From an uncultured Pelagibacteraceae bacterium (GTDB taxonomy: Bacteria > Pseudomonadota > Alphaproteobacteria > Pelagibacterales > Pelagibacteraceae), in assembly GCA_902585365.1 (NCBI GenBank), contig CACIDF010000001.1, positions 60,408 to 124,407 of the forward strand: a stretch of DNA of 64,000 nucleotides. Direction: 5' to 3'. The notes under the pieces were generated by a model that saw nothing but the letters and a program-made list of their open reading frames with translations, ran no database searches and was not told the origin of the DNA. Positions 30,933 through 40,766 of the stretch are shown here, one piece after another. The translations under genes were made by a program, and so were the position numbers. The stretch's first letter is position 1. Each line of letters begins with the position of its first letter.

Positions 30933-32619
30933 AAAAAAAACCAGATCCCATTCCTGAGGGGCTTTTAATAACAACAACACTGTCAAACCTTAAGTCTTTT
31001 GTTTCATAGGACTTAGAGGAAATTATACTTTTATTTTTTGGCTTTGATGAAAATAAGTTTGACCAAAAAGAATTATTTGAATTTTCGTTGCCTAAAAGTT
31101 TAAATGCATCTCTTGATCTAATTTTACGTGAACTTTGATTATTATTAATTTTCATTAATAATGTTTGGTCTGTTAAATTTTCCATTTTAACATTATTCCA
31201 CTCTGAAAGATCATTTTCACTCGAATATTGATTGTTTAATTTCTTAAAGTTTTTATCTTGAGAACTAATCCCGTAAGCAATTTTAAAGTCTTTTTGTTCT
31301 TTAATATAGAAATTTTCAATTAAATTATAATTATCTTTATTAAATTTTATTACATCATAAATAGATTTTTTTTCAGATTTAATAATTGCTACATCGTATT
31401 TGTATGAACCTAATCTTTCTTTTTCCAAATACATCGGAGTTGAGGAAAGTTTTGCTGACCATCTCTCTAATCTTTGTCTTGCGTTAGCTCTTTCTTTTCC
31501 TGCGGCAGATTGTTCAGCTAAACCTGCCCACTGATTTAGCACTGAAGCCCATCCGCCATACGGATTATAGTTTGTTGCTGCTGCAGTTCCTCTCTGGAAC
31601 TTTCTTTCAGCAATTAAATAGTCTTGTTCTGCTCTTCTCAATTCTGCTTCTATTCTATTTATCTCTGGGTTTGGTATTTGATCTATTCCTATTACTTGCT
31701 GTGATAACATTTTATTTTCTGAAACTCTTACTGAGCTTTGTTGAAAATCTCTAGGTATTAGAACTATAAGATTTTTATTGTATTTAAATAGCTGTTCAAC
31801 TATTTCTTTACTCGGATCAATTAAATTTTCTAACTCACCATCTATGTTAGGTAAAAGTTCTTTATTAACAATATCGTTATCTAGTATGACCACTTTTAAA
31901 TTATGACTAATTGTTTGATTTTCAATTTGATTTGATGACGTGACAGTTCCCAAATTTTGTTCATCAATTATTTTTTGCTTAGCTATTGTTTTTGACTCTT
32001 TTTTTTCTTTGAGTTTGTTTTTTTTCTCAAGTGCCTGTAATTTTCTTAATTCTTGTTCTTTTTTCCTTGCTAAAATTTTTAATTCTTTTTCTTTTTTCTT
32101 TCGTTCAATTTCTTCTAATCTTTTTTGTTTTTTTAATTCTTTTTCTTTTTTCTTTGCTAATCTCTTTGAAGCTAATTCAGCTAATCTTTTTTTTTGTTCT
32201 AGTAATCTTTTTTCTTTTTTTATTTTAAATTCTTCTTTTTTTTTAAGTTCATTAGCTAATCTAGCTAATTTTTTTTGCTCGAGTTCTAATTTTCTTTTTT
32301 CATGAGTAGTAAGATTTTTTTTGGGGGTTTTGTTTTCAGTTTCAATTTTAGTTTCGGTTTTCTCTTCAGCATAAATTTGAGGATTATTTCTAATTTCTGT
32401 TAATTTTTCTATTCTAAGATTTTGAGATAAATCTATTAAATGATTAAATTCATTTTTTGTAATTAATTCTTCAGCATTGTCATCACAGTTTTTTTCAGTA
32501 AACAAAGGGTACATAAAACCTGAATCATCTAAACAGAAACGTTCTTCCGCTATAGAGAAATTTGAAATCCATACTGAAAGTATGAAAGATAAAATAACTG
32601 TTTTTAATCTACTTGACAT
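30919..32619 (-). CDS. Exported coiled-coil protein; N-terminal part of the frameshifted serine protease
   Basis: Signal peptide, long K/E/R-rich helix; ends SVVVIKSPSGMGSGFF, the first strands of an S1C protease domain, just before the frameshift. Confidence 0.78.
   Translation of the reverse strand: MSSRLKTVILSFILSVWISNFSIAEERFCLDDSGFMYPLFTEKNCDDNAEELITKNEFNHLIDLSQNLRIEKLTEIRNNPQIYAEEKTETKIETENKTPKKNLTTHEKRKLELEQKKLARLANELKKKEEFKIKKEKRLLEQKKRLAELASKRLAKKKEKELKKQKRLEEIERKKKEKELKILARKKEQELRKLQALEKKNKLKEKKESKTIAKQKIIDEQNLGTVTSSNQIENQTISHNLKVVILDNDIVNKELLPNIDGELENLIDPSKEIVEQLFKYNKNLIVLIPRDFQQSSVRVSENKMLSQQVIGIDQIPNPEINRIEAELRRAEQDYLIAERKFQRGTAAATNYNPYGGWASVLNQWAGLAEQSAAGKERANARQRLERWSAKLSSTPMYLEKERLGSYKYDVAIIKSEKKSIYDVIKFNKDNYNLIENFYIKEQKDFKIAYGISSQDKNFKKLNNQYSSENDLSEWNNVKMENLTDQTLLMKINNNQSSRKIRSRDAFKLLGNENSNNSFWSNLFSSKPKNKSIISSKSYETKDLRFDSVVVIKSPSGMGSGFFYKFR
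31990..32310 (-). repeat. Low-complexity K/E/R-rich coding repeat (charged helix / coiled coil)
   Basis: Repeated KKKEKELK, KKRL(A/E)E units; purine-rich on the coding strand. Confidence 0.6.
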
Positions 32620-32647
32620 AAATGTTATTTTCATTTGATAATAACTC

Positions 32648-33295
32648 ATGTGCAAAAAACTACAAGTTGTATTTATATCGGCAATTTTGTTTTTAATAAG
32701 TAATTTTGCTTTTAGTGATTCTCATACACCTAAAAATCAATCTAAAATTGATGTTGGTAAACTGTTAAAGTTGCAGAATCAAAAATATTTAATGACACCT
32801 CCTAAAAAGGCCAGGAACATATTTATGTCATCAATAAATAAAATAAGTGATGAATGTTGTGAAGAAGACTATCCAAAAAAGTCACGATTGGAAGAGATAA
32901 AGCTAACTTTGGAAGATTGTTTAAATACTAAATGTGAAAATAAACTAATTCCTATTTTTGATCCTAAAAATCCACCCAAAAAAATTATTTCTTTTAAAAT
33001 GAATGCTGAGGTGGATGATTTAATTTTAGATCATGAAAACTTTAAGTTTAATAAATTATCATTGAAAATGGAAAGTGGTCTGTCATCTGAAGCAAAGAAA
33101 AATGAAACAATAAAAAAATTTGAAGAAGAAAACAAAAAATTAAAAAAAACGGTAGATAAAATGCTTAAAAATTATCAAAATAAAATTACAAAGCTTGAAG
33201 AAGAAAATAAAAAATTAACTATAAAATATGACGAAGTATTTAATATGTTACCGCCATTTAAACAAAAAAAGCTAAAAGAAACAGCTAAAGATTAA
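32648..33295 (+). CDS. Hypothetical exported protein with Cys pairs and C-terminal coiled coil
   Basis: Signal peptide (…NFAFS), ECCE, C-LNTK-C, duplicated EEENKKL heptads. Confidence 0.7.
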   Translation: MCKKLQVVFISAILFLISNFAFSDSHTPKNQSKIDVGKLLKLQNQKYLMTPPKKARNIFMSSINKISDECCEEDYPKKSRLEEIKLTLEDCLNTKCENKLIPIFDPKNPPKKIISFKMNAEVDDLILDHENFKFNKLSLKMESGLSSEAKKNETIKKFEEENKKLKKTVDKMLKNYQNKITKLEEENKKLTIKYDEVFNMLPPFKQKKLKETAKD

Positions 33296-34193
33296 AAAAT
33301 CTTTCAAAGTCAGAAGATTTTAATTTTTTCCATTCTTGCATATTTCCTCTAGACCAGGTCAACTGTCTCTTAACATATCTCATTGTTCTAAAGATTATTC
33401 TGTCTTTAAGAATAGTTTTGTTTGGGATCTTATTATTAATATATTCGTCAATTTCCTTAATACCTATTATATAATTTGCGCTTTTTAATTTATTAAGTTT
33501 AAGGTTTAGAATTTTCCTTGCTTCTTTAATTGCACCTAATTTTAGCATTTTATCAACTCTTTTATTAATCTTTTTTTCAAGATCTTTTTTAGAATAATCA
33601 AAATATATTTTTAGAAAATCTTCATCTTTAAAAAATTTTTTAGTTTTTTTCTGCCATTCATAGATTGATATTTTTGTTTTTTTTTTAACTTCATACGCTC
33701 TTATTGATCTATTGATATCATTTAACGAAATTTTTTTTTTTACTAATGGGTCAATTTTTAATAATTCATTATAAAAGTTTTTTTGCCCAATTTTTTTTTG
33801 AGTTTTAATGATATTATTTCTAAAACTTAAGGGTATACTTGGAATTTTTGCAATTCCACAAACTAAACTTTTAAAATATAACCCAGTTCCACCAACTACA
33901 ATGGGTACTTTATTTTTTTTTTTTATTTCTCGTATTTTTTTAAGACATAAATTTATCCATTGACCAGTAGAAAAATTTTTTTTTACACTTTGAAAACCAT
34001 AAAGATGATGTTTAATCTCAGTTTGGTCTTTTTTTGACGGTCTAGCAGATAAAATCTTACACTCTTTAAATATTTGCATACTGTCAGCATTGATAATTTC
34101 CCCATCAATTTTTTTTGCAAGCTTAATTGCAAATTTAGATTTGCCTGATGCTGTGGGTCCTGAAATTAAAATTATTTTGGACTTTAGGTCCAT
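33285..34193 (-). CDS. miaA: tRNA dimethylallyltransferase
   Basis: GPTASGKS, INADSMQ, VGGTGLY, YVKRQLTW motifs. Confidence 0.95.
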   Translation of the reverse strand: MDLKSKIILISGPTASGKSKFAIKLAKKIDGEIINADSMQIFKECKILSARPSKKDQTEIKHHLYGFQSVKKNFSTGQWINLCLKKIREIKKKNKVPIVVGGTGLYFKSLVCGIAKIPSIPLSFRNNIIKTQKKIGQKNFYNELLKIDPLVKKKISLNDINRSIRAYEVKKKTKISIYEWQKKTKKFFKDEDFLKIYFDYSKKDLEKKINKRVDKMLKLGAIKEARKILNLKLNKLKSANYIIGIKEIDEYINNKIPNKTILKDRIIFRTMRYVKRQLTWSRGNMQEWKKLKSSDFERFFNL

Positions 34194-34194
34194 A

Positions 34195-35601
34195 CTAATC
34201 CAATTTTACACCAATATATCTTTTTTGATTTTGATTATTAAATATTGCAATTAGTATAGTTTTATTTTGTGACTTTAATGCTGTGTTAACTAAATTATTT
34301 AACTGATTAGCAGACTTAATTCTTCTTTTGCCCGCTTCTACAATTATGTCATTTACCTTTAAATAATTTATAGGACTATCTGGCTCTATTTTAGTTATTA
34401 TTAAACCTGATATATTTGGAGGTAGCTGCCTTTGTGCTATATCTTCTTTTGTCGTAGGTCTTACCTCAATTTTTAAAGCATTTATAACTTCAACCTTTGG
34501 AATATTTGGAGTTTCAGCTTTAAAATCTTCAGAGGTTTCAAGTCTACCAAGTGTAATAGTTTTTGTTATTTCTTTTTTATTTCTCCAAACTTTAAGTTTA
34601 ACAACCTTGCCAACTTTAGTCTGAGCAACTATTAGTGGAAGTTCTTGCATTTCATTTATTTTTTTTCCATCAAACTCTAATATTATATCCCCGTCTTTAA
34701 TTCCTCCTTTGTCCGAAGGACTTCCTGGTGCAACACTTGCAACTAATGCACCTCTCGCTTTTCCTAATTTTTCAATTTCTGCTATTTCTTTTGAAACATT
34801 TTGAATTCTAACACCTAACCAACCTCTTTTCGTTTCACCAAACTCAATTAATTGATCTATTACTTGTTTTGCGCTATTCGATGGAATTGCAAAACCAATT
34901 CCTATTGATCCTTGTTGGCCAAGTATAGCAGTATTAATTCCTATGACATCTCCATTCATATTAAATAAAGGTCCTCCAGAATTTCCTGTATTAATCGATG
35001 CATCTGTTTGAATGAAATCTTCATATCTTGATAATCCAATATTTCGATTTCTTGCTGAAATTATTCCTGAAGTTACAGTTCCGCCCAATCCAAAAGGATT
35101 TCCAATAGCAATTACCCAGTCACCTATTCTAGCCTTGTCAGAGTTTCCAAATTTAACAGGCTGAAACTTATCGTCTGATTTAATTTTTAAAACTGCAACA
35201 TCTGATAATGGATCGGCACCAATTATTTCTGCTTTATATTCTTTATCATTGCTAAATCTAACGACAATATCCTCAGCACCTTTAATTACATGATTATTTG
35301 TTATAACTGTTCCATTACTATCTATTACAAAACCTGATCCTAAAGCGCTTGCTTTTCTTTTCTGAGGTGAACCAAATTCTTTAAACATATCTCCAAAAGG
35401 AGACCCTGGAGGAAATTCAAACGGAAAAGGATTTGTATTTTGTACGACAGTTGTTGTTGTTGAAATATTTACAACAGATGGCATTAATTCCTCTGCCAAA
35501 TCAGCAAAAGAAGCTGGTCTATCTTGTGAGTTTGTTGGCAAAATAGTTGCTATTGAAAACAACAAGATCAAAGTAAAATATTTTTTTAAAATTACTCTCA
35601 T
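34195..35601 (-). CDS. degP: Do/DegP family periplasmic serine protease with two PDZ domains
   Basis: LGSGF, TNNHV, DVAVL, GNPFGLGGTVTSGI, QTDASINTGNSGGP, RGWLGV motifs. Confidence 0.9.
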   Translation of the reverse strand: MRVILKKYFTLILLFSIATILPTNSQDRPASFADLAEELMPSVVNISTTTTVVQNTNPFPFEFPPGSPFGDMFKEFGSPQKRKASALGSGFVIDSNGTVITNNHVIKGAEDIVVRFSNDKEYKAEIIGADPLSDVAVLKIKSDDKFQPVKFGNSDKARIGDWVIAIGNPFGLGGTVTSGIISARNRNIGLSRYEDFIQTDASINTGNSGGPLFNMNGDVIGINTAILGQQGSIGIGFAIPSNSAKQVIDQLIEFGETKRGWLGVRIQNVSKEIAEIEKLGKARGALVASVAPGSPSDKGGIKDGDIILEFDGKKINEMQELPLIVAQTKVGKVVKLKVWRNKKEITKTITLGRLETSEDFKAETPNIPKVEVINALKIEVRPTTKEDIAQRQLPPNISGLIITKIEPDSPINYLKVNDIIVEAGKRRIKSANQLNNLVNTALKSQNKTILIAIFNNQNQKRYIGVKLD

Positions 35602-35786
35602 AAAAATTTCATATACCAGATGATTAAAAAGCCAACTAATACAAATATTACTCCTCCAAATCTTAGTTGTGAGTCTTTCATCAACTTTAACTTTTCTAAC
35701 ATATTTCTCATTTTTGTGGGAAATAAGGCATATAAAGCGCCTTCTATAAATAAGAATAGTCCAAAAGCGACTATTATTTCTCTCAT
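35598..35786 (-). CDS. DUF2065 family small membrane protein
   Basis: L--EG--YALFP...LR-GG motif; conserved position after hflC. Confidence 0.85.
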   Translation of the reverse strand: MREIIVAFGLFLFIEGALYALFPTKMRNMLEKLKLMKDSQLRFGGVIFVLVGFLIIWYMKFL

Positions 35787-35790
35787 ACTT

Positions 35791-36660
35791 TTACTGATTT
35801 AACTGTTTCGCTTTTATATCCCCAAAGAATTTGAAAAATTCACTATCCGGCGAAAGGATCAAAGAAGTTTCGCCACCTATTAAAGCTTTTTCGTAAGCTT
35901 GCATTGCTCTGTAAAAAGCGAAGAATTGTGGATCTTGACCAAATGCATCTGCAAATATTTTATTTCTTTTTCCATCACCTTCACCCTTCATGATTTGAGA
36001 TTTTTTTTCCGCGTCTGCTAGTATTACTGTAACTTCTTTATCTGCAGTTGAAGTTATTGTAACGGCCATTTCTGCGCCCTTAGCTCTAAATTCTTTTGCT
36101 TCTCTCTCTCTTTCAGTTTGCATTCTTCTATAAATCGCATCACTATTTGCTTGAGGAAGATCTGCTCTTTTAATTCTTACATCAACTATTTTAATACCAA
36201 AATTTTCAGCCTCATTATTTACACCCTCTTGTATTAAAGACATTTGTTTTGTTCTATCTTGTGATAACAAAGTTTGCAATTCTTGCTGACCTAGAACGTT
36301 TCTAATTCTTGAGTTGATAATTGTTGATAGTCTTGATCTTGCAACTCTCTCGTTACCAACTGATATATAGAATTTTAATGGATCGATAATTTGAAATCTC
36401 GCAAAAGCATCGACAATTAATCTTTTTTGATCTGATGCAATTACCTCTTCTGGTGGTGTGTCCAAATTTAAAATTCTTTTATCTAAATAAACGACGTTTT
36501 GGATGAAAGGTAATTTAAAATTTATACCTGGTTTTAAAATAATCTTTTTAGGATCACCAAATTGTAAAACGATAGCTTGGTTAACTTCTTTAACAATAAA
36601 AATTGAAAAGAAAGCTGTGAATGCTAAAACAAGAACTATTGGTAATGCAAATTTTTTCAT
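35791..36660 (-). CDS. hflC: FtsH protease modulator HflC
   Basis: SPFH domain, DVRIKRADLP, RMQTEREREA, FYRAMQAY; start placed at 36660. Confidence 0.94.
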   Translation of the reverse strand: MKKFALPIVLVLAFTAFFSIFIVKEVNQAIVLQFGDPKKIILKPGINFKLPFIQNVVYLDKRILNLDTPPEEVIASDQKRLIVDAFARFQIIDPLKFYISVGNERVARSRLSTIINSRIRNVLGQQELQTLLSQDRTKQMSLIQEGVNNEAENFGIKIVDVRIKRADLPQANSDAIYRRMQTEREREAKEFRAKGAEMAVTITSTADKEVTVILADAEKKSQIMKGEGDGKRNKIFADAFGQDPQFFAFYRAMQAYEKALIGGETSLILSPDSEFFKFFGDIKAKQLNQ

Positions 36661-36661
36661 A

Positions 36662-37759
36662 TTAATTAGTTTTCTTTTTAAGCTCTGGTAATGGAAGATA
36701 AGGAACAACTCCTGATCCTGAGTCTTTATCTATTATAACCTTATCAATATCTGCTAAGACTTTTTCCATCGTTTCTAAATACATTCTTTCCTGAGTTACC
36801 TCTTTAGCTTTTCTATACTCATTAAATATGGACAAAAATCTGCTTGCTTCACCTTCTGCTTTTGCAACAACTTCTTTTTGATAAGCTTCAGCTGCTTGTA
36901 ATATCTTTGCTGCTTCACCTCTTGCTCTTGGTATCACATCATTAGCATAAGCCTCGGCTTCATTTTTCGATCTTTCCATGTCTGCTCTTGCTGCTTGAAC
37001 ATCTCTAAATGCATCAATAACTTGATCCGGTGGATCTGCTTTTTGCGTTTGAACCTGTGTTACTTGAATACCACTCTGGTATTCGTCTAAAATTTGTTGG
37101 ATAATAGTTTCGGTTTCCTGTTCTATTACTGATCTTCCTTCAGTCAAAATTGGTTGTATATCACTCTTTGCAATTACTTCCCTCATAGCTGTTTCTGCAG
37201 CAGCTTTCACTGTTCCTTCTGGATCTTGAATTTTAAATAAAAATTTGCCAGCATCTTTTATCACCCAAAAAACTGAAAAATCGATGTTCACAATGTTCTC
37301 ATCTCCAGTTAACATCAAGCTTTCCTCTGGAACATCTGCTACTACACCTGAACTAAATCCTGAGTCTCTTTCTGATCTAAAACCAATATCAATTCTGTTT
37401 ACTTTTGTTACCTTTGGAGTAAGCACACTCTCAATTGGGAAAGGTATGTGATAATTTAACCCTGGTTGAGTAGTAGAAACAAATTTTCCAAATCTTAAAA
37501 CAACTCCCTGCTCATCTGGTAAAACTCGGTATAAACCACTTAAAGCATAAATTACCAATAAAATTGAAATTCCAAATACTAATGGCTTCCCACCTTTAGA
37601 CGCGCCACCTGGTAGAAATTTATTAATCTTATCTTGTAAATTTTTGATTATCTCATCGATGTTTGGAGGGGTCGGACCTCTTCTTCCTGAACCATTACCT
37701 CCGCTTCCTGGGGGAGATCCCCAAGGACTGCCACCTCTACTTCTAAAATCATCTACCAT
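36662..37759 (-). CDS. hflK: FtsH protease modulator HflK
   Basis: PWG N-terminus, MLTGDENIV, DAFRDVQAA, VTQERMYLETM, PYLPL motifs. Confidence 0.95.
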   Translation of the reverse strand: MVDDFRSRGGSPWGSPPGSGGNGSGRRGPTPPNIDEIIKNLQDKINKFLPGGASKGGKPLVFGISILLVIYALSGLYRVLPDEQGVVLRFGKFVSTTQPGLNYHIPFPIESVLTPKVTKVNRIDIGFRSERDSGFSSGVVADVPEESLMLTGDENIVNIDFSVFWVIKDAGKFLFKIQDPEGTVKAAAETAMREVIAKSDIQPILTEGRSVIEQETETIIQQILDEYQSGIQVTQVQTQKADPPDQVIDAFRDVQAARADMERSKNEAEAYANDVIPRARGEAAKILQAAEAYQKEVVAKAEGEASRFLSIFNEYRKAKEVTQERMYLETMEKVLADIDKVIIDKDSGSGVVPYLPLPELKKKTN

Positions 37760-37840
37760 GCACTTTATATAGTGTCTTTGTTGGGAAAAACAAGTTTAGT
37801 ATGTTAAAAGAACCCTTAAAAATTCGGACTTAATGTAGCA

Positions 37841-38638
37841 ATGATAGGAAAACCTTATAAAAAAACCTTTGTCAAAAACCCAATTTCGGGCACTAAGTTT
37901 ACAATTGCGATTTCAAGTGCAAAAGGAGGTGTTGGTAAATCTACTTTTGCAACAAACCTTGCCTTAGCATTAAAAAACTTAGGTTGCAAAGTTGGATTAT
38001 TAGACGCTGATATCTATGGTCCATCATTACCAAAACTTTTTTCAATTAATCAAAAACCCGAAAGTGACGGTTCAAATCTAAAACCTATTGTTAAATACGA
38101 CATTCAATGCATGTCGATCGGTTTTCTAACTGATGAACAAACTCCGATGATTTGGAGAGGTCCTATGGTAACCAGTACTATTAAAACTTTTGCACAAAAA
38201 GTAAGTTGGAACAATCTAGATTTTATAATTGTAGATATGCCTCCAGGAACAGGTGATACTCAACTTACATTTGCACAAGAAATAGAAATGGATGGTGCAA
38301 TAATAGTTTCAACTCCACAAGAGCTTGCGCTTCAAGATGTTAAAAGAGGAATTAAAATGTTTGATAAATTAGGTGTTAAAATTATAGGTCTCGTAGATAA
38401 TATGAGTTTTTTTAAAGGTGAAGACGGAAAAAAATATCCTATTTTTGGTGAGGGTGGAGTTAAAAGAACTGCAGAAGAATTCAGTAAAGAATTTTTGTGT
38501 GAAATTCCAATTGATCCTGAGGTTGGTAGGTCGGGTGATCAAGGAAAGCCAATTGTTGAGAGCAACCCAGACAATGAGATTTCTAAAATCTATTTAGATA
38601 TTGCAAAAAAGATCAAATCTTCTTTTATTGAAAATTAG
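37841..38638 (+). CDS. mrp: Mrp/ApbC/NBP35 family P-loop ATPase
   Basis: SAKGGVGKST, LDADIYGPS, IWRGPM, DMPPGTGD, VSTPQ motifs. Confidence 0.92.
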   Translation: MIGKPYKKTFVKNPISGTKFTIAISSAKGGVGKSTFATNLALALKNLGCKVGLLDADIYGPSLPKLFSINQKPESDGSNLKPIVKYDIQCMSIGFLTDEQTPMIWRGPMVTSTIKTFAQKVSWNNLDFIIVDMPPGTGDTQLTFAQEIEMDGAIIVSTPQELALQDVKRGIKMFDKLGVKIIGLVDNMSFFKGEDGKKYPIFGEGGVKRTAEEFSKEFLCEIPIDPEVGRSGDQGKPIVESNPDNEISKIYLDIAKKIKSSFIEN

Positions 38639-38640
38639 TG

Positions 38641-40740
38641 TTATTTTAAAGTATAGACTTTTAAATAAATACCATACTCAGGGTCTTCAGCAAAAAAATC
38701 TAAATTACTAGTCACATCAATATTTAAATTATCACGCTTACTTTTATAAGAGATTTCAGTTGAAGTTTCATGAATAGAAAGAGTGTAAGATGAATTGTAT
38801 GATGATCTATAATCTCCTGCAATTACAAAATTATCATTGTAACTGCCTCCTGTAGTTTGGTCTCTAGTATACTTTGTCATTAAATTGAAACCACTATCTG
38901 TATTTAAATCGAAACCTATTCCAGTATGTACACTGTGGGTGGCATTATTAATGTTATCTAAAGTGTATTTATCTCCACTTGATGAATATGAAAATTTTTG
39001 TTTTGTTGACGGGCTCATATCAGCTGAGTAATTAAAATCAAAATAAGGTAAAAAGGTCTTATTTTTTAAGTCAAATTTTTTATCAATATTAGCACCAACT
39101 GAGGTAATAAAATTTCCAATGTACTGATCTTTAAATTTTAAATTTAAACCTGCGGCACCTGTTTCCGTATATTCTGCAAAATGTGTTACACCGTAGTCTA
39201 TTTTAATTTTGGGTGTAAAATTTAAGTTATTTTTTGAAAGAGTATCTCTTAAACTAAAAGAGCCATACATTTGCTCCCCTGATCTCTCACCATTAGTTGA
39301 AGTTGAACCACTATTATTAATTAAATCAGAATTTATAAAACTTAAACCTAACAAGTGATCAGTAAATCTTTCTTCTCCTTTAGGTTTAGTCTCATAAAAA
39401 GTCAGGCCAAATGTACTCATATTTAATGCACTTCCTAGGTCTCCCACATCAACATCATCACTTCCAAATCTTAATGCAATACCTCTCATTATGTTATCTT
39501 TTCCTCTTTTGTCTGCACCTATTGTGATTGCTGAAGTATTTATTTTTTTTGAGGATGAAACAGAGGTATCACCTATTCGACCTACGCTAATTGTTCCTTC
39601 GCTCCATAGAGACCAACTAGAATTTTCATTATCAGTTTTTGAAGAATTATAATTAGATAAATAAACTGGTAGCAACGTTTTTGATAAAGAGTTTAAAATT
39701 TCATTATTAAATTGAAATTTAATATTTTGATTAGTTAAATTTCTCCTACTGTTGTTCCTTCTTAACCATTGCATACGATTGATCACTGGATATGTGGTGT
39801 GTTGTATTAATTTTTTTGCGCTTTCAGATTGAGTCTCAATAGAAGCAACATCATCTTTATTAGCTGTTGGATCAATACAATTAATCACCCCAAAACCACA
39901 ACTTAAATTATATTCACTAACAGTTTTGTTGTTTGTTTTAAAATCTAAAACAAACATTTTTAAACCATCTGAACTGAATGCTATACCTGAAACTTGATCA
40001 GCTTCACCTGAAACATCGTAACCCCCTTCTTTTTTTATATTAGATAAATCGAATGGTGTACTTAAATTGAATTCTTGAACTTTATCTTTTCCATGTCCTG
40101 TTATATACATTTTAGAACCATCAGAACTGAATGCTAATCCCTGTGGATTACCTTCAAGTTGTGAAAAGGTTTTGCTACTTGTTCCGGTAGATTGTTGTTC
40201 AAAAGTAGCGTTTGAAATATTAAAAGGGCTAGTAAGTGAATATTTTTTAATAAAGTCATTCCCAGTTCCATCATAGATAAATAATTTTGTTCCACTATTG
40301 TTAAATGCAATATCTCTTATATTCATTTCTCCCTCAAAGTGTGTAGTCACAAAGTCACAAGATGAGACATCATAAGCAGTATCTAATTTATACTCTTCTA
40401 TTCCTTCTGCTCCAGAGTCTGAACCAATTAAAAACATTTTAGTTCCATCTGAACTTAATTTTAAACCAATTACATCTTCATCTTCGTCTGAATGAGTACA
40501 TTCGTTGGAATTTCTTGTAGCTGTTGAAACGTCAAAACCCACAGTTAAATCAAATTCATAAACTTTATTTTGACTTGAGCCAGAGATAAACATTTTGGTT
40601 CCATTTGCGTTAAATGCTATCCCATGTGCAATTCTTTGAGTAATATCTTTACTATCAACAAATGATGAAACTTCTCCAAAAGCATTAATATTTACAAATA
40701 AGAAAATAATTATGAAAGTTATTTTATTTATAAGTTTCAT
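38641..40740 (-). CDS. Autotransporter-like outer-membrane protein with beta-propeller repeat passenger
   Basis: Signal peptide; five G-AF---G-KM(F/Y)...EY-L---FD repeats; helical linker; C-terminal alternating beta-strand barrel (WSEGTISVG, TIGAD, YTETG). Confidence 0.75.
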   Translation of the reverse strand: MKLINKITFIIIFLFVNINAFGEVSSFVDSKDITQRIAHGIAFNANGTKMFISGSSQNKVYEFDLTVGFDVSTATRNSNECTHSDEDEDVIGLKLSSDGTKMFLIGSDSGAEGIEEYKLDTAYDVSSCDFVTTHFEGEMNIRDIAFNNSGTKLFIYDGTGNDFIKKYSLTSPFNISNATFEQQSTGTSSKTFSQLEGNPQGLAFSSDGSKMYITGHGKDKVQEFNLSTPFDLSNIKKEGGYDVSGEADQVSGIAFSSDGLKMFVLDFKTNNKTVSEYNLSCGFGVINCIDPTANKDDVASIETQSESAKKLIQHTTYPVINRMQWLRRNNSRRNLTNQNIKFQFNNEILNSLSKTLLPVYLSNYNSSKTDNENSSWSLWSEGTISVGRIGDTSVSSSKKINTSAITIGADKRGKDNIMRGIALRFGSDDVDVGDLGSALNMSTFGLTFYETKPKGEERFTDHLLGLSFINSDLINNSGSTSTNGERSGEQMYGSFSLRDTLSKNNLNFTPKIKIDYGVTHFAEYTETGAAGLNLKFKDQYIGNFITSVGANIDKKFDLKNKTFLPYFDFNYSADMSPSTKQKFSYSSSGDKYTLDNINNATHSVHTGIGFDLNTDSGFNLMTKYTRDQTTGGSYNDNFVIAGDYRSSYNSSYTLSIHETSTEISYKSKRDNLNIDVTSNLDFFAEDPEYGIYLKVYTLK

Positions 40741-40766
40741 TTATAGTTTTTATTTTTTTCTGTAAA

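Noticed and set aside
30456-30986. Independent 176-aa protease starting at 30986
   Set aside because: Its first ~18 residues are out-of-frame sequence; the true N-terminal strands (SVVVIK...GSGFF) lie in the upstream ORF's frame.
31940-32305. F/S/L-rich plus-strand ORFs (31940-32305, 32031-32228) that look like membrane proteins
   Set aside because: They are the reverse complement of the K/E-rich low-complexity coding region.
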